Origin: Aridibacter sp.
GTDB lineage: Bacteria > Acidobacteriota > Blastocatellia > Pyrinomonadales > Pyrinomonadaceae
DNA: 64,000 nt
Assembly: GCA_041576495.1 (NCBI GenBank)
Contig: JBFGKW010000002.1
Location: 5,541 to 69,540 of the forward strand
Reading direction: 5' to 3'
The notes below the pieces were generated by a model. The model had not been told where the DNA came from and did not search any database. It saw only the letters and a list, made by a program, of their open reading frames with translations. Each line of letters opens with the position of its first letter. Position 1 is the first letter of the stretch. Positions 35,895 to 44,338 of this stretch are shown in pieces. The translations under genes and the position numbers were made by a program.

Positions 35895-36515
35895 ATGAAA
35901 TTCTCGATTAAACTTATCTTGGCGCTGGGAATACTCTTTGCTGCTCTTTCCGGGATCAGTTGCAGTTATTTGACGTCGACTACCGATTCGAATACCGCGA
36001 AATCAGGAGACACGCCCGGCGGCAAGAGCCCCGGACCCGAAGAACCCGATGGGGAGAGCGGCGATAGCGAGTATCCTGCTCCGCCTGAGAAAATCGCGGC
36101 GGCCGAATTCAAGCTGATCGACGGCAGCACATTCTCGTTAGAAGAAAGCAAGGGTAAGGTTATATTGATTAACCTCTGGGCCACCTGGTGCGGTCCCTGC
36201 CGTAAAGAGATGCCAGAATTGGTGGCGATGCAGAATGAGTACCGAGACAAGGGGTTTGAAATTATCGGGCTCGATACCGACCCGGAAACCACTGAAGAAA
36301 TTAAGGAATTTGCCGAAAAACTTAAGTTGAATTACAAACTGGGCTGGGCAGATCGGGAATTGGTCGAAGAGTTTTTTACCCTCGGTCAAATGAATGGCAT
36401 CCCCCAGAGCTTTTTAATCAATCGAAATGGAAAACTGACCGGGATATTTCAGGGCGGCAGCGACCGCGTGATCGAGAAAATGAAGGAAACGGTTGCAAAA
36501 GTCATAAACGAATAA
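35895..36515 (+). CDS. TlpA-family thiol:disulfide oxidoreductase lipoprotein (thioredoxin fold)
   Basis: 206-aa ORF starting 8 bp after the ABC gene stop. It has a signal plus lipobox LSGISC, a low-complexity linker, and then LINLWATWCGPCRKEMP (WCGPC active site). Confidence 0.85.
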   Translation: MKFSIKLILALGILFAALSGISCSYLTSTTDSNTAKSGDTPGGKSPGPEEPDGESGDSEYPAPPEKIAAAEFKLIDGSTFSLEESKGKVILINLWATWCGPCRKEMPELVAMQNEYRDKGFEIIGLDTDPETTEEIKEFAEKLKLNYKLGWADRELVEEFFTLGQMNGIPQSFLINRNGKLTGIFQGGSDRVIEKMKETVAKVINE

Positions 36516-36548
36516 AAAAAAACGTCAAAGCTCGAGCCGGCTTTGCGT
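36514..36548. terminator. Candidate terminator hairpin between convergent genes
   Basis: Stem ACG(T)CAAAGC (36522..36531) / GCTTTGCGT (36540..36548) with an 8-nt loop, preceded by A9 (36514..36522). On the minus strand this gives hairpin plus U-run for the NFACT gene. It is less canonical for the plus strand. Confidence 0.5.
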
Positions 36549-36557
36549 TTGACCTGA

Positions 36558-37994
36558 TTATTTTTTTGGGACTCCCGGTTTCACGATCACGGTTTTGAAA
36601 CTTGCCAGGCTGACCAAACCGGGTGCCGAACCCTTCGGCTTATTGACAAATTTCTTCTGAGTGTAATGAACGGCAGCTTTTGACTCATTTTTGGCTTTAC
36701 TGTAAAAAGCCGCCAATCCGGCTGCCTCCAGTAGTGTAGAGTGCGGGATTTCTTTTCGGTTCGGGTTTCTGATAATTACATGTGAGCCCGGATAATCGGC
36801 GGCATGGAGCCATGTGTCAAGAGACTTGGCGATCCGAAATGTTAGAAAATCATTGTCCTTTGAACGCTTGCCGACCAGGATTTCAAAACCGTCGGTTGAT
36901 AAATATCTTTTGGTTCCGGGAAATGGATCATCGGCTTTAGACTTATTCCTTGGCGGGATCCCTCGGTTATCGATCCCTTGGAATGACTCGAGCGCATCTT
37001 CGTTTCGATCGGCAATTGCCCGATTTAAAGCAGATTTACGAAATTCAAGTTCTGCCAGTTCAGCACCAAGCAATTCCAGCCTTGCGGATATTTCCGACTT
37101 TGCGTTTCGCGCCTTACCGTAACGCTTAAAATAATCTTCGGCTGCTTCAGTAACGGAAAGATGCTCCTCGGCTTCGATCTCAATCCGCGGCGTTTCGGGA
37201 TCAAAATAATCAATCGCGAAAATCTTGTTTTCGGACCGCTCTGCAGTGGAGACATTGGCCAGTAAAACCTCTCCAAAATGTTTCCATTGACCGGGATCGC
37301 CATGATTTTCCAAATCCTGGATGAGCCTCTTCCTGAGTCGGTTCTTTTTCTTGATTTCCTTATTGAGGAGGGCTTTTGCCGAGTTTGCCTTTGATCGAAA
37401 TCCTTCGTCGGCCTCCTTGTGCAAATAGAACCCGTCAAGTGCCGCTGACAGCGTTTGATGGGTGCCTTGCGGGAAAACTTGCAGATTGGATCCGGTGCGC
37501 CCTTCAAGTCGCGCGGGAGGAGCATACGAACCGCCCGTAATCTGGCCATGACCCTCAGTTTTTCGCAGCGATTCAATGATCTGATCGTTTTCGCCAAGTA
37601 AAAAGAGATTTGATGAACGGCCGGTTAACTGAATGAGAAGTGCAGAGCGCCGGTCTTCCCCAAGCTCATTCTGACCGTCAAATACCATTTTTAAGACGCG
37701 CTCATCGGCTATTTTTTCCACGTTTCGAACGACCGCGTTAGCAAAGTGCTTTTGAATTCGTAAATAAAAACTTTGTAAGCGGCCAGATTGCTCCTCAAGC
37801 GTCTTGAGCCGCCGCTCGATAAGGTAGGTCCTCGGTGAATTAGGTTCGACGGCGATAAATAAGTAGGTTCCGTCTGAGAGCCGGAAATCGATGGCGATCC
37901 GGTATTTTGCGAGCGGGAAAATCTTGCCGAACTTTTGGCCGGTAAGACGGTTCCGAAGTTCGGCTTGGATTCGTTGTAAGGTCGGCTCATTCAT
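36558..37994 (-). CDS. NFACT-family protein (RqcH / FbpA-like ribosome quality-control factor)
   Basis: The track ORF extends to 38048. The ATG at 37994 gives MNEPTLQRIQAELRNRLTGQKFGKI, typical of NFACT-N. A central coiled coil follows. The C-terminal NFACT-R/DUF814-like segment reads GFEILVGKRSKDNDFLTFRIAKSLDTWLHAADYPGSHVII. Confidence 0.75.
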   Translation of the reverse strand: MNEPTLQRIQAELRNRLTGQKFGKIFPLAKYRIAIDFRLSDGTYLFIAVEPNSPRTYLIERRLKTLEEQSGRLQSFYLRIQKHFANAVVRNVEKIADERVLKMVFDGQNELGEDRRSALLIQLTGRSSNLFLLGENDQIIESLRKTEGHGQITGGSYAPPARLEGRTGSNLQVFPQGTHQTLSAALDGFYLHKEADEGFRSKANSAKALLNKEIKKKNRLRKRLIQDLENHGDPGQWKHFGEVLLANVSTAERSENKIFAIDYFDPETPRIEIEAEEHLSVTEAAEDYFKRYGKARNAKSEISARLELLGAELAELEFRKSALNRAIADRNEDALESFQGIDNRGIPPRNKSKADDPFPGTKRYLSTDGFEILVGKRSKDNDFLTFRIAKSLDTWLHAADYPGSHVIIRNPNRKEIPHSTLLEAAGLAAFYSKAKNESKAAVHYTQKKFVNKPKGSAPGLVSLASFKTVIVKPGVPKK

Positions 37995-38056
37995 TTCGTA
38001 ATCTATTCCAAGAATACTAATAATGCATCGATGAGCTGACGCTGGCAATGAACAAA

Positions 38057-39373
38057 CTAAAGTTCCTTTACGATTATGGTCCCGGATGCCAAATCGTGCG
38101 CGGCGCGGCGATCCTCATCAAACAGCGAAGTGAGGAAACCGATTCCGCCAAGCGCAAGCGAGAGTATGAAAACCGAAGAACTAACAGCTGCCTGATGAAA
38201 AGTTGGGTACTCATCTCCCTCGATATCGATCATTTCAAGAGAAAATAAGTGCATCCCGAACGACTTTCCAAAAAAACCGATGCTAGTTGTCAGATAAATA
38301 AACATTACAAATGATAATGCCGCCAGAAATCCAAGGAATCCGGCCATCGTAAACCACGTCCCGCCAAGCAGCACAAACGGAGCGAGTAGAATCATCGTGA
38401 TAAACGAACCGATGATCAAATCAAACAGGGCCGAATTAAATCTCAGGGCTATCGGGGCGTAATCGTCAAACCCGTCAAGATCTTCAACATTTTCTGCCGA
38501 ATTTTCGGTTACTCCTTTATGCTGAGCAATCTTTTCGGTCAATTCGAATCTTGGCGGCGTGTGATCGATATTGGGCACACTAAGCGGGCGTTTATCGAAA
38601 CTCGTAGAAATTGCGGCTTCCAGAAACTCGGGCTCGAGTTCATTCGTGTCGTAAAGATCTTTGCCGCTGCGTTGAACCGGGGCCGGCTTTTTGAGCGCTG
38701 GTTTGATGGGCTTGTTTGTCGTCGGGGCAACAGGAACCCCCTGTACCTTTGAAGGCGAAGCAACGGTAAAGGGATATTTCTTTTTCGCCTTTATTTTCGG
38801 CTCGGTGTTCTGATTCGGCCGCGCGGGAGCTTTTTCGTCTGCAATCAAGTATTTGCTCCTCGAGAGTTCGATTCGGTTTAGGGCGCTTGCGATGAGGCGG
38901 TTTTCACCCAAATTCGATTGCGTTTCAGAATCGATATTTTGCGCCTCTGCAATCGTCACCGGACGGGCGCCCTTTGCGGAATGCGTGTTTCCACTTCGTG
39001 AATTGTTCCGCTGCTGGACGGCGTTTTGGAGTTGCAGACGCCATTCCGGCTTCTTCGATTCCTGGGGTTGAAATTCTATTAACGTCCGGTTTGTTTTGTT
39101 GATAATGATCTCAGACGTATGGGTTGGTTTTGTCGAAATATTTTTTGGCGAGGGTTTTAGTTGGATCTGGTTTATGGCTTTTGGCATTGATGAATATCCT
39201 CTTTCGGTAGATTTTGGCGGGGCAGTCTGAATACCGGGAATGTTTGTTGATACGTATCCGCGGGTAATGCGAGCTGCAAGTTCCTCTCGTACGGAATCGT
39301 TGACCATCGTTCCGCAGGTTGGGCATATTGACAAGCTTATGACACTTTCTCTATTACAATTCGGGCAACCCAT
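38057..39373 (-). CDS. RDD-family membrane protein with N-terminal zinc ribbon and long disordered linker
   Basis: 438-aa ORF with CPNC...CPTC at the N-terminus (39314..39367) and a ~280-aa low-complexity P/K/S/T/N-rich linker. The C-terminal ~150 aa has three hydrophobic segments and ends RRAAHDLASGTIIV, typical of RDD domains. Confidence 0.7.
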   Translation of the reverse strand: MGCPNCNRESVISLSICPTCGTMVNDSVREELAARITRGYVSTNIPGIQTAPPKSTERGYSSMPKAINQIQLKPSPKNISTKPTHTSEIIINKTNRTLIEFQPQESKKPEWRLQLQNAVQQRNNSRSGNTHSAKGARPVTIAEAQNIDSETQSNLGENRLIASALNRIELSRSKYLIADEKAPARPNQNTEPKIKAKKKYPFTVASPSKVQGVPVAPTTNKPIKPALKKPAPVQRSGKDLYDTNELEPEFLEAAISTSFDKRPLSVPNIDHTPPRFELTEKIAQHKGVTENSAENVEDLDGFDDYAPIALRFNSALFDLIIGSFITMILLAPFVLLGGTWFTMAGFLGFLAALSFVMFIYLTTSIGFFGKSFGMHLFSLEMIDIEGDEYPTFHQAAVSSSVFILSLALGGIGFLTSLFDEDRRAAHDLASGTIIVKEL

Positions 39374-39582
39374 TTGTTTTGTATTTGTTTACTCTAAGAT
39401 TTTGATTCGGCCGGATTCGGGAGAATCAGCGTGAAATGATAAAAACTGAGGAAATAGTATCAGAACTTACTTTAACTCGTCAATAGTAAATTTATGTGAA
39501 ACCAAGCTTTGCACCGATAATTATTGAAACGTTCTAAATTTCGATCGAATGGCCGTTGTGAGCTTTTGAATAGGTCAGCCAA

Positions 39583-39960
39583 CTAAAGCGGCCGCCGACC
39601 GGCGAAACCGGTTTCGATGTCGTGCCACCATTCGATTTCATCCTTCTCGCCAAGTTGCCAGCAAAGCAAAACGATTTTGCCCTTGCGTTCCGATGGAAAA
39701 TCGATCAACCCACGGGCAAAGTCTTTGATCTGAATTCCCGATTCATCGAGATTGGAAGTGAGTTTGCCGAGCTCAAATAAGTAACTTACATATTCCGAAC
39801 CCGATTCCATTCCTCCCCCTCCAAGCTCAGATCCCTTGGCGGCTTTGTTCGCCGGCTCGCGGAATTTTCCAACTTTCTCATAAATCTGTTGGATCTTAGC
39901 CAGAATCGGCCGGACTTTCGGAATCATTTCGTTCGCTTCCTTTATCGTGAAAAGTCTCAT
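39583..39960 (-). CDS. DUF2203-family protein
   Basis: 125-aa ORF. The N-terminal FTIKEANEMIPKVRPIL and the C-terminal GIQIKDFARGLIDFP...IVLLCWQLGEKDEIEWWHDIETGFAGRRPL match my memory of the DUF2203 pattern. Confidence 0.65.
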   Translation of the reverse strand: MRLFTIKEANEMIPKVRPILAKIQQIYEKVGKFREPANKAAKGSELGGGGMESGSEYVSYLFELGKLTSNLDESGIQIKDFARGLIDFPSERKGKIVLLCWQLGEKDEIEWWHDIETGFAGRRPL

Positions 39961-39996
39961 TAGTTGGTTGACACACCGGGTCCGATTCTAATCTAA

Positions 39997-40737
39997 TTAA
40001 GAATCATCCGTAACTCTTATGAAAGTCGACGATTCATCATTGCGAGCGGATTTCTCCGAAAATTTATTGTCACCCGGTGAGTTTGCCGCTTCATCCGCAT
40101 ACTCGTTTCCGGCAGAATATCCGCCGGCAATTTTATCTTGGAGCATCTCAGGTACCGGTAATTCTTCCGGAGGTATAAACGACGGGATTTCGAATTCTTC
40201 GCCTTCCGACGACTCTTTGCTTACCAATTCTGCGATTTCCCCTAAATCGATAAAGAAATCTGCAACGTTAATCAGGCGGGGCGAGGTGTTTGAGCGAAAT
40301 CCGGCGACTTCAACCCGACAGCCTTTGTATGCTACTGCATTAAGCGCGTATACAAAATCTTCATCACCCGATACCAAAACCGCAGTATCATACTTACCTG
40401 AAAGACTTAACATATCGACCGCAATTTCAACATCGAGGTTTGCCTTTCGCGTACCATCGTAAAAAGTTTTGAGCTCCTTCTGAACGACCCGAAATCCATT
40501 TCGCTTCATCCAAAGCAGAAAGCCTTGTTGACGCTCTGCGCCGGCATCGACCCCGGTATAGAAGAAGGCCCGGAGCAGCCTTCCGTCTCCGAGAAGCACC
40601 CGCAGGAGTTTGTTGTAATCGATATCGAGATTATGAAAACGGGCTGCGTGAAAAAGGTTGTTACCATCGATAAAAACTGCAACGCGGCCCCTATGACCAA
40701 ATTGCCAGGTCGAACTGGTATTTTTAGCAAATTGCAT
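39997..40737 (-). CDS. NYN-domain (LabA/DUF88-like, PIN-related) putative ribonuclease with acidic C-terminal tail
   Basis: 246-aa ORF with VAVFIDGNNLFH, NLDVEIAVD and VLVSGDEDF, which are the conserved acidic residues of NYN/LabA-like domains. The last ~70 aa are acidic and probably disordered. Confidence 0.8.
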   Translation of the reverse strand: MQFAKNTSSTWQFGHRGRVAVFIDGNNLFHAARFHNLDIDYNKLLRVLLGDGRLLRAFFYTGVDAGAERQQGFLLWMKRNGFRVVQKELKTFYDGTRKANLDVEIAVDMLSLSGKYDTAVLVSGDEDFVYALNAVAYKGCRVEVAGFRSNTSPRLINVADFFIDLGEIAELVSKESSEGEEFEIPSFIPPEELPVPEMLQDKIAGGYSAGNEYADEAANSPGDNKFSEKSARNDESSTFIRVTDDS

Positions 40738-40970
40738 CGTCAGATCCTTATATTAAGGCTTAAGGATTTGCTATTGACCATCAGAAAAAAAGAAGAGAAG
40801 CGGAGGATAATTAATTTGCGTTGGAAATTCTTCTGATCGAAAAGTAGTTCCCGATAAAAAATTTTCAAACGAGTTAGTCAATATACCATCTTAAAGCCAT
40901 CGAATATTGATAAACACCCAACCTGTATTAACGACGGGTTTTTTTCTACCTTACCAAAATAAACGTTTTT

Positions 40971-42020
40971 ATGGGTATAATCAAAAAGCCGGGTGAAATT
41001 ATGGATGAAAAACGTGATCATATAAAGCCAGATGAAATACAGACTGAAGCGGCTCCCGAATCGCGTATCGAGAGTTATGACCCTTCTGAGATGATCGTCT
41101 GCGCAATATGCGCCAGGGCGAATCCGCCTAACCGTCTTGACTGCATATATTGCGGGGTAAAACTGGAAATCACGGAAGAGCAAACCTTGAATCTCAGGCC
41201 GACCTTGCGAAAGGCTGATCAATTGAAGCCCGCATTAAATCTTGTCTATATTTCGAAACTTCGCGAACCCGATCAGGTTGGATTGAAAGAGGCCGGGAAA
41301 ATGCTTCGGATCGATCCGGATTTGCTGGGCAGCGCGGTCAAAATCGGCTGCCCCATTCCGCTGGCTCGCAGCGAACAGCATGACGAGATGGAAATTGTAG
41401 TGAGCAGACTTGGGGAGATTGGTTTTGAAACGGCAGTTTTCCCCGATCAGCTTTTCGAAATGCGGACCGCGACCCGGAGGTTGCGGCGGGTTGGTCTAAA
41501 CGGCGACAACCTTGAGATGCGGCTTTTTAACAATGCGGAAAATATCACAGTCCGGCCGGATCAACTGAAACTGATCGTGGCAGGTGCAATTTTTAAGCGC
41601 CGGGTCGAATCTACGGAAAAGCACTCTAGAAAGAACGAGAACAAAATACTCGAAACGGCCGAGACGACGGCGGATGAATTGCTAATTGATCTCTACGTCG
41701 GCGAAGATAAAATCGGATACCGGATATCCGCCAATGGATTCGACTTTTCGTGCCTTAACGAGGATAAGGGTATGGTCGCCAATACCAACGTTAAATTGCT
41801 CGTTGAATGGCTCAGGCGATTTTCGCCAAATGCTTCGTACGACTCAAACTACATGAGGCTTCGAGGATATTTGAGTAAGATCTGGGATGTTGAGGAACAC
41901 ACCGATTCGATGGGTCTCAAGCGACGCGGACTCGGCGCTGTTAAACGGGAAATCGTGACCACGTCCAATAACGATTCGCAATTTACCAAGTATTCACGGC
42001 TACAGCGGCGGTTGACATGA
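40971..42020 (+). CDS. Hypothetical protein with N-terminal zinc ribbon
   Basis: 349-aa ORF (alternative start at 41001). It has CAIC-x10-CIYC (41100..41153) and no other recognisable domain. Its stop overlaps the rlmB start in ATGA (42017..42020). Confidence 0.6.
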   Translation: MGIIKKPGEIMDEKRDHIKPDEIQTEAAPESRIESYDPSEMIVCAICARANPPNRLDCIYCGVKLEITEEQTLNLRPTLRKADQLKPALNLVYISKLREPDQVGLKEAGKMLRIDPDLLGSAVKIGCPIPLARSEQHDEMEIVVSRLGEIGFETAVFPDQLFEMRTATRRLRRVGLNGDNLEMRLFNNAENITVRPDQLKLIVAGAIFKRRVESTEKHSRKNENKILETAETTADELLIDLYVGEDKIGYRISANGFDFSCLNEDKGMVANTNVKLLVEWLRRFSPNASYDSNYMRLRGYLSKIWDVEEHTDSMGLKRRGLGAVKREIVTTSNNDSQFTKYSRLQRRLT

Positions 42021-42823
42021 AACCCAAACCAAAACACGGGAATCCGGATTCCGTACGGCTTCAGTCCAAATCCGGGAAAAACGACCGGACTTCGGTGTAC
42101 GGTATCGCGCCCGTTATGGAACTTCTGAGATCCGGTAGCCGTCGGATAGAAAAGGTACTGATATCAGAAGGCATCAGAATCAAAAAGTTTGGGGAGATCG
42201 TAGCACTCGCCCGCGAGCATCATGTCAGATCCGAGAAGGTCGCAAAGCGGGAATTTCTCAAGTTTGTAGATCATGCGGTAAATCATCAGGGTGTCGTCGC
42301 GGTTACTTCAGCTGCTGAATACTACGACGCAGACGCGTTGTTGTCGGAAGTGATCGATAATACTCAATCGCTGTCTTTGATTTTTGACGGAATCGAGGAC
42401 CCCGGTAATCTTGGAGCGTTAATTCGCACTGCGGAAGTTGTAGGGGTTGACGGCGTATTTATCCCGGAGAGGAGGGCCGCTGGTTTAACCGAAGCCGTTA
42501 CAAGATCATCGGCCGGGGCGACGGAATACGTAAAGGTCGCAAAGGTTATGAATGTCAACCGGTTAATCGACGACCTGAAAGACAATAATGTCTGGGTGAT
42601 AGGCGCCAGCGGCGACGCCGATATGGATTACTGGGATTGGGATTGGCGGCAGCCGTCCGTTTTGGTTTTGGGAAGCGAAGGGAGAGGATTGCATCGTTTG
42701 ACGTCAGAAAAGTGTGACGTTTTGGTTAAAGTCCCGATGTATGGAAAGATAGATTCTTTGAACGTCTCGGTCGCCGGGGGCGTAATACTTTACGAAGCAA
42801 GGCGACAAAGAAGCAAGACTTAA
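42017..42823 (+). CDS. rlmB: SpoU/TrmH-family 23S rRNA (guanosine-2'-O)-methyltransferase, RlmB-like
   Basis: 268-aa ORF. The N-terminal substrate-binding region reads VYGIAPVMELLRSG. SPOUT motifs are DGIEDPGNLGALIRTA, VLVLGSEGRGL and IDSLNVSVAGGVILYE. Confidence 0.8.
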   Translation: MKPKPKHGNPDSVRLQSKSGKNDRTSVYGIAPVMELLRSGSRRIEKVLISEGIRIKKFGEIVALAREHHVRSEKVAKREFLKFVDHAVNHQGVVAVTSAAEYYDADALLSEVIDNTQSLSLIFDGIEDPGNLGALIRTAEVVGVDGVFIPERRAAGLTEAVTRSSAGATEYVKVAKVMNVNRLIDDLKDNNVWVIGASGDADMDYWDWDWRQPSVLVLGSEGRGLHRLTSEKCDVLVKVPMYGKIDSLNVSVAGGVILYEARRQRSKT

Positions 42824-42825
42824 TT

Positions 42826-43431
42826 ATGTATTGCCCAAAGTGTGGAATTGAAAACCCGGATACCGGAAAGTTTTGCCGCAAGTGCGGAACCGATTTGAGC
42901 GGTGTTTCAGAAATGTTGGAAAGCCCGACCGGAGGTTTGTCACGTTATAATATAACCGGTACGGGCAGCCCGTTCGGAGCGCACGACGGTAAACGACAAA
43001 AACATAGCAAGAATCCGGATGACATTTGGGCGGGCGGCATTCGCAATACGATTTATGGACTCGGATTTTTGGTAATTGCGCTAGTCTTGTTTCTTACGAA
43101 TGTCGCCGGGGGAAGCAGTTGGTGGTGGGCAATGCTATTTCCCGGTTTTTCAATGATCGCAAGCGGAATAGCCAACCTGGCTAAGGCAAATCGATTGGAA
43201 AACCGCTTAGCCGCGGGTGGTACTCGCGGGGATCAAGCTCAAATGTCCGGGAGAAATCAAAATGCGTCACTTCCGCCTAAGCAAACGGCTTTCGTCTCTC
43301 CGGAAATTCCTGACTATAAAACCGGTGATTTAGTCCCTTCGAGCGTGGTGGAGAACACAACGCGGCATCTGGAGTTGGATGCTGAAGGCGAGACGGTGAC
43401 GCTACCTGAAGATAAGACCAAATCAGGATAA
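42826..43431 (+). CDS. Zinc-ribbon membrane protein, function unknown
   Basis: 201-aa ORF starting 2 nt after the rlmB stop. It has MYCPKCGIENPDTGKFCRKCG (42832..42885) and two hydrophobic segments (GLGFLVIALVLFL and WWAMLFPGFSMIASGI). Confidence 0.7.
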   Translation: MYCPKCGIENPDTGKFCRKCGTDLSGVSEMLESPTGGLSRYNITGTGSPFGAHDGKRQKHSKNPDDIWAGGIRNTIYGLGFLVIALVLFLTNVAGGSSWWWAMLFPGFSMIASGIANLAKANRLENRLAAGGTRGDQAQMSGRNQNASLPPKQTAFVSPEIPDYKTGDLVPSSVVENTTRHLELDAEGETVTLPEDKTKSG

Positions 43432-43483
43432 TATGGCCGGCAGTGGTCCGATTAAAAGATTGCCTTGCCGATGTTCACCTGAT

Positions 43484-44317
43484 TTATTTGTATTTCGACA
43501 GCAACCCTCCCGTCAAACGATCCATAATCTTGAAGTAGCGTTTCGGAAAAAGCCTCTGAACCGCGCTGATTTGACGGGCGTCGTTTCCAATTAGAATTCT
43601 CGGGTTTTTCGATTTGATTCCCCTGATTATAGTGCGAGCGGCTTGATCGGCGGTCGTCGGGGCAAGTTTAGCAAGCATCACCGGTGCGAATTCCTTGTCT
43701 TCCAGCGATGCGTTTTCGCCTTTTCTCGAATTCTTCGCGATGTTTGTCATTATTCCGCCCGGATGAACGCAGGAAACGAATATGCCAGAGCCCTCGAGTT
43801 CATGGCGCAACGATTCGGTAAACCCGCGAACCGCGAATTTACTGGCGCAATAGGCCGATTGCCCGGGAGGTGAAATGAATCCAAACACACTGGAAATATT
43901 GACTAAATGGCCGAAGCCCTGCTTTCGAAAAACCGGAAGTAAAAGTTTTGTCCCGTAAACCGTTCCCCAGAAATTGATGTCCATCAGCCATTTGATATCT
44001 TCAAACGAAATTTCTTCGGTTCGTCCAACGAGTCCGACTCCGGCGTTGTTTATCAAATGAGTGACCGAACCAAACCGCTCGATAGCCCCGTCCGCAAATT
44101 GTTGAACATCTTCGAGTTTGGCGACATCGATCTGGACTGAAAACACCTCTGCCCCTTTATCGGTCAATAGTTTTTCGGTCTCATGCAGGCCTGCCTCATC
44201 GAGATCTGCGATCGCGATTCCCGACACCGATTCCGCCGCCAAGTTTAATGCGAGCGCGCGCCCGATACCGGACCCTGCCCCGGTAATCGCGACAACGCTT
44301 TTTCTTGTTAGGCTCAT
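43484..44317 (-). CDS. Classical short-chain dehydrogenase/reductase
   Basis: 277-aa ORF with TGAGSGIGRA (TGxxxGxG), NNAG and the catalytic S...YCASK. Confidence 0.9.
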   Translation of the reverse strand: MSLTRKSVVAITGAGSGIGRALALNLAAESVSGIAIADLDEAGLHETEKLLTDKGAEVFSVQIDVAKLEDVQQFADGAIERFGSVTHLINNAGVGLVGRTEEISFEDIKWLMDINFWGTVYGTKLLLPVFRKQGFGHLVNISSVFGFISPPGQSAYCASKFAVRGFTESLRHELEGSGIFVSCVHPGGIMTNIAKNSRKGENASLEDKEFAPVMLAKLAPTTADQAARTIIRGIKSKNPRILIGNDARQISAVQRLFPKRYFKIMDRLTGGLLSKYK

Positions 44318-44338
44318 TTTCCAATTAAAAGAAGTTAT

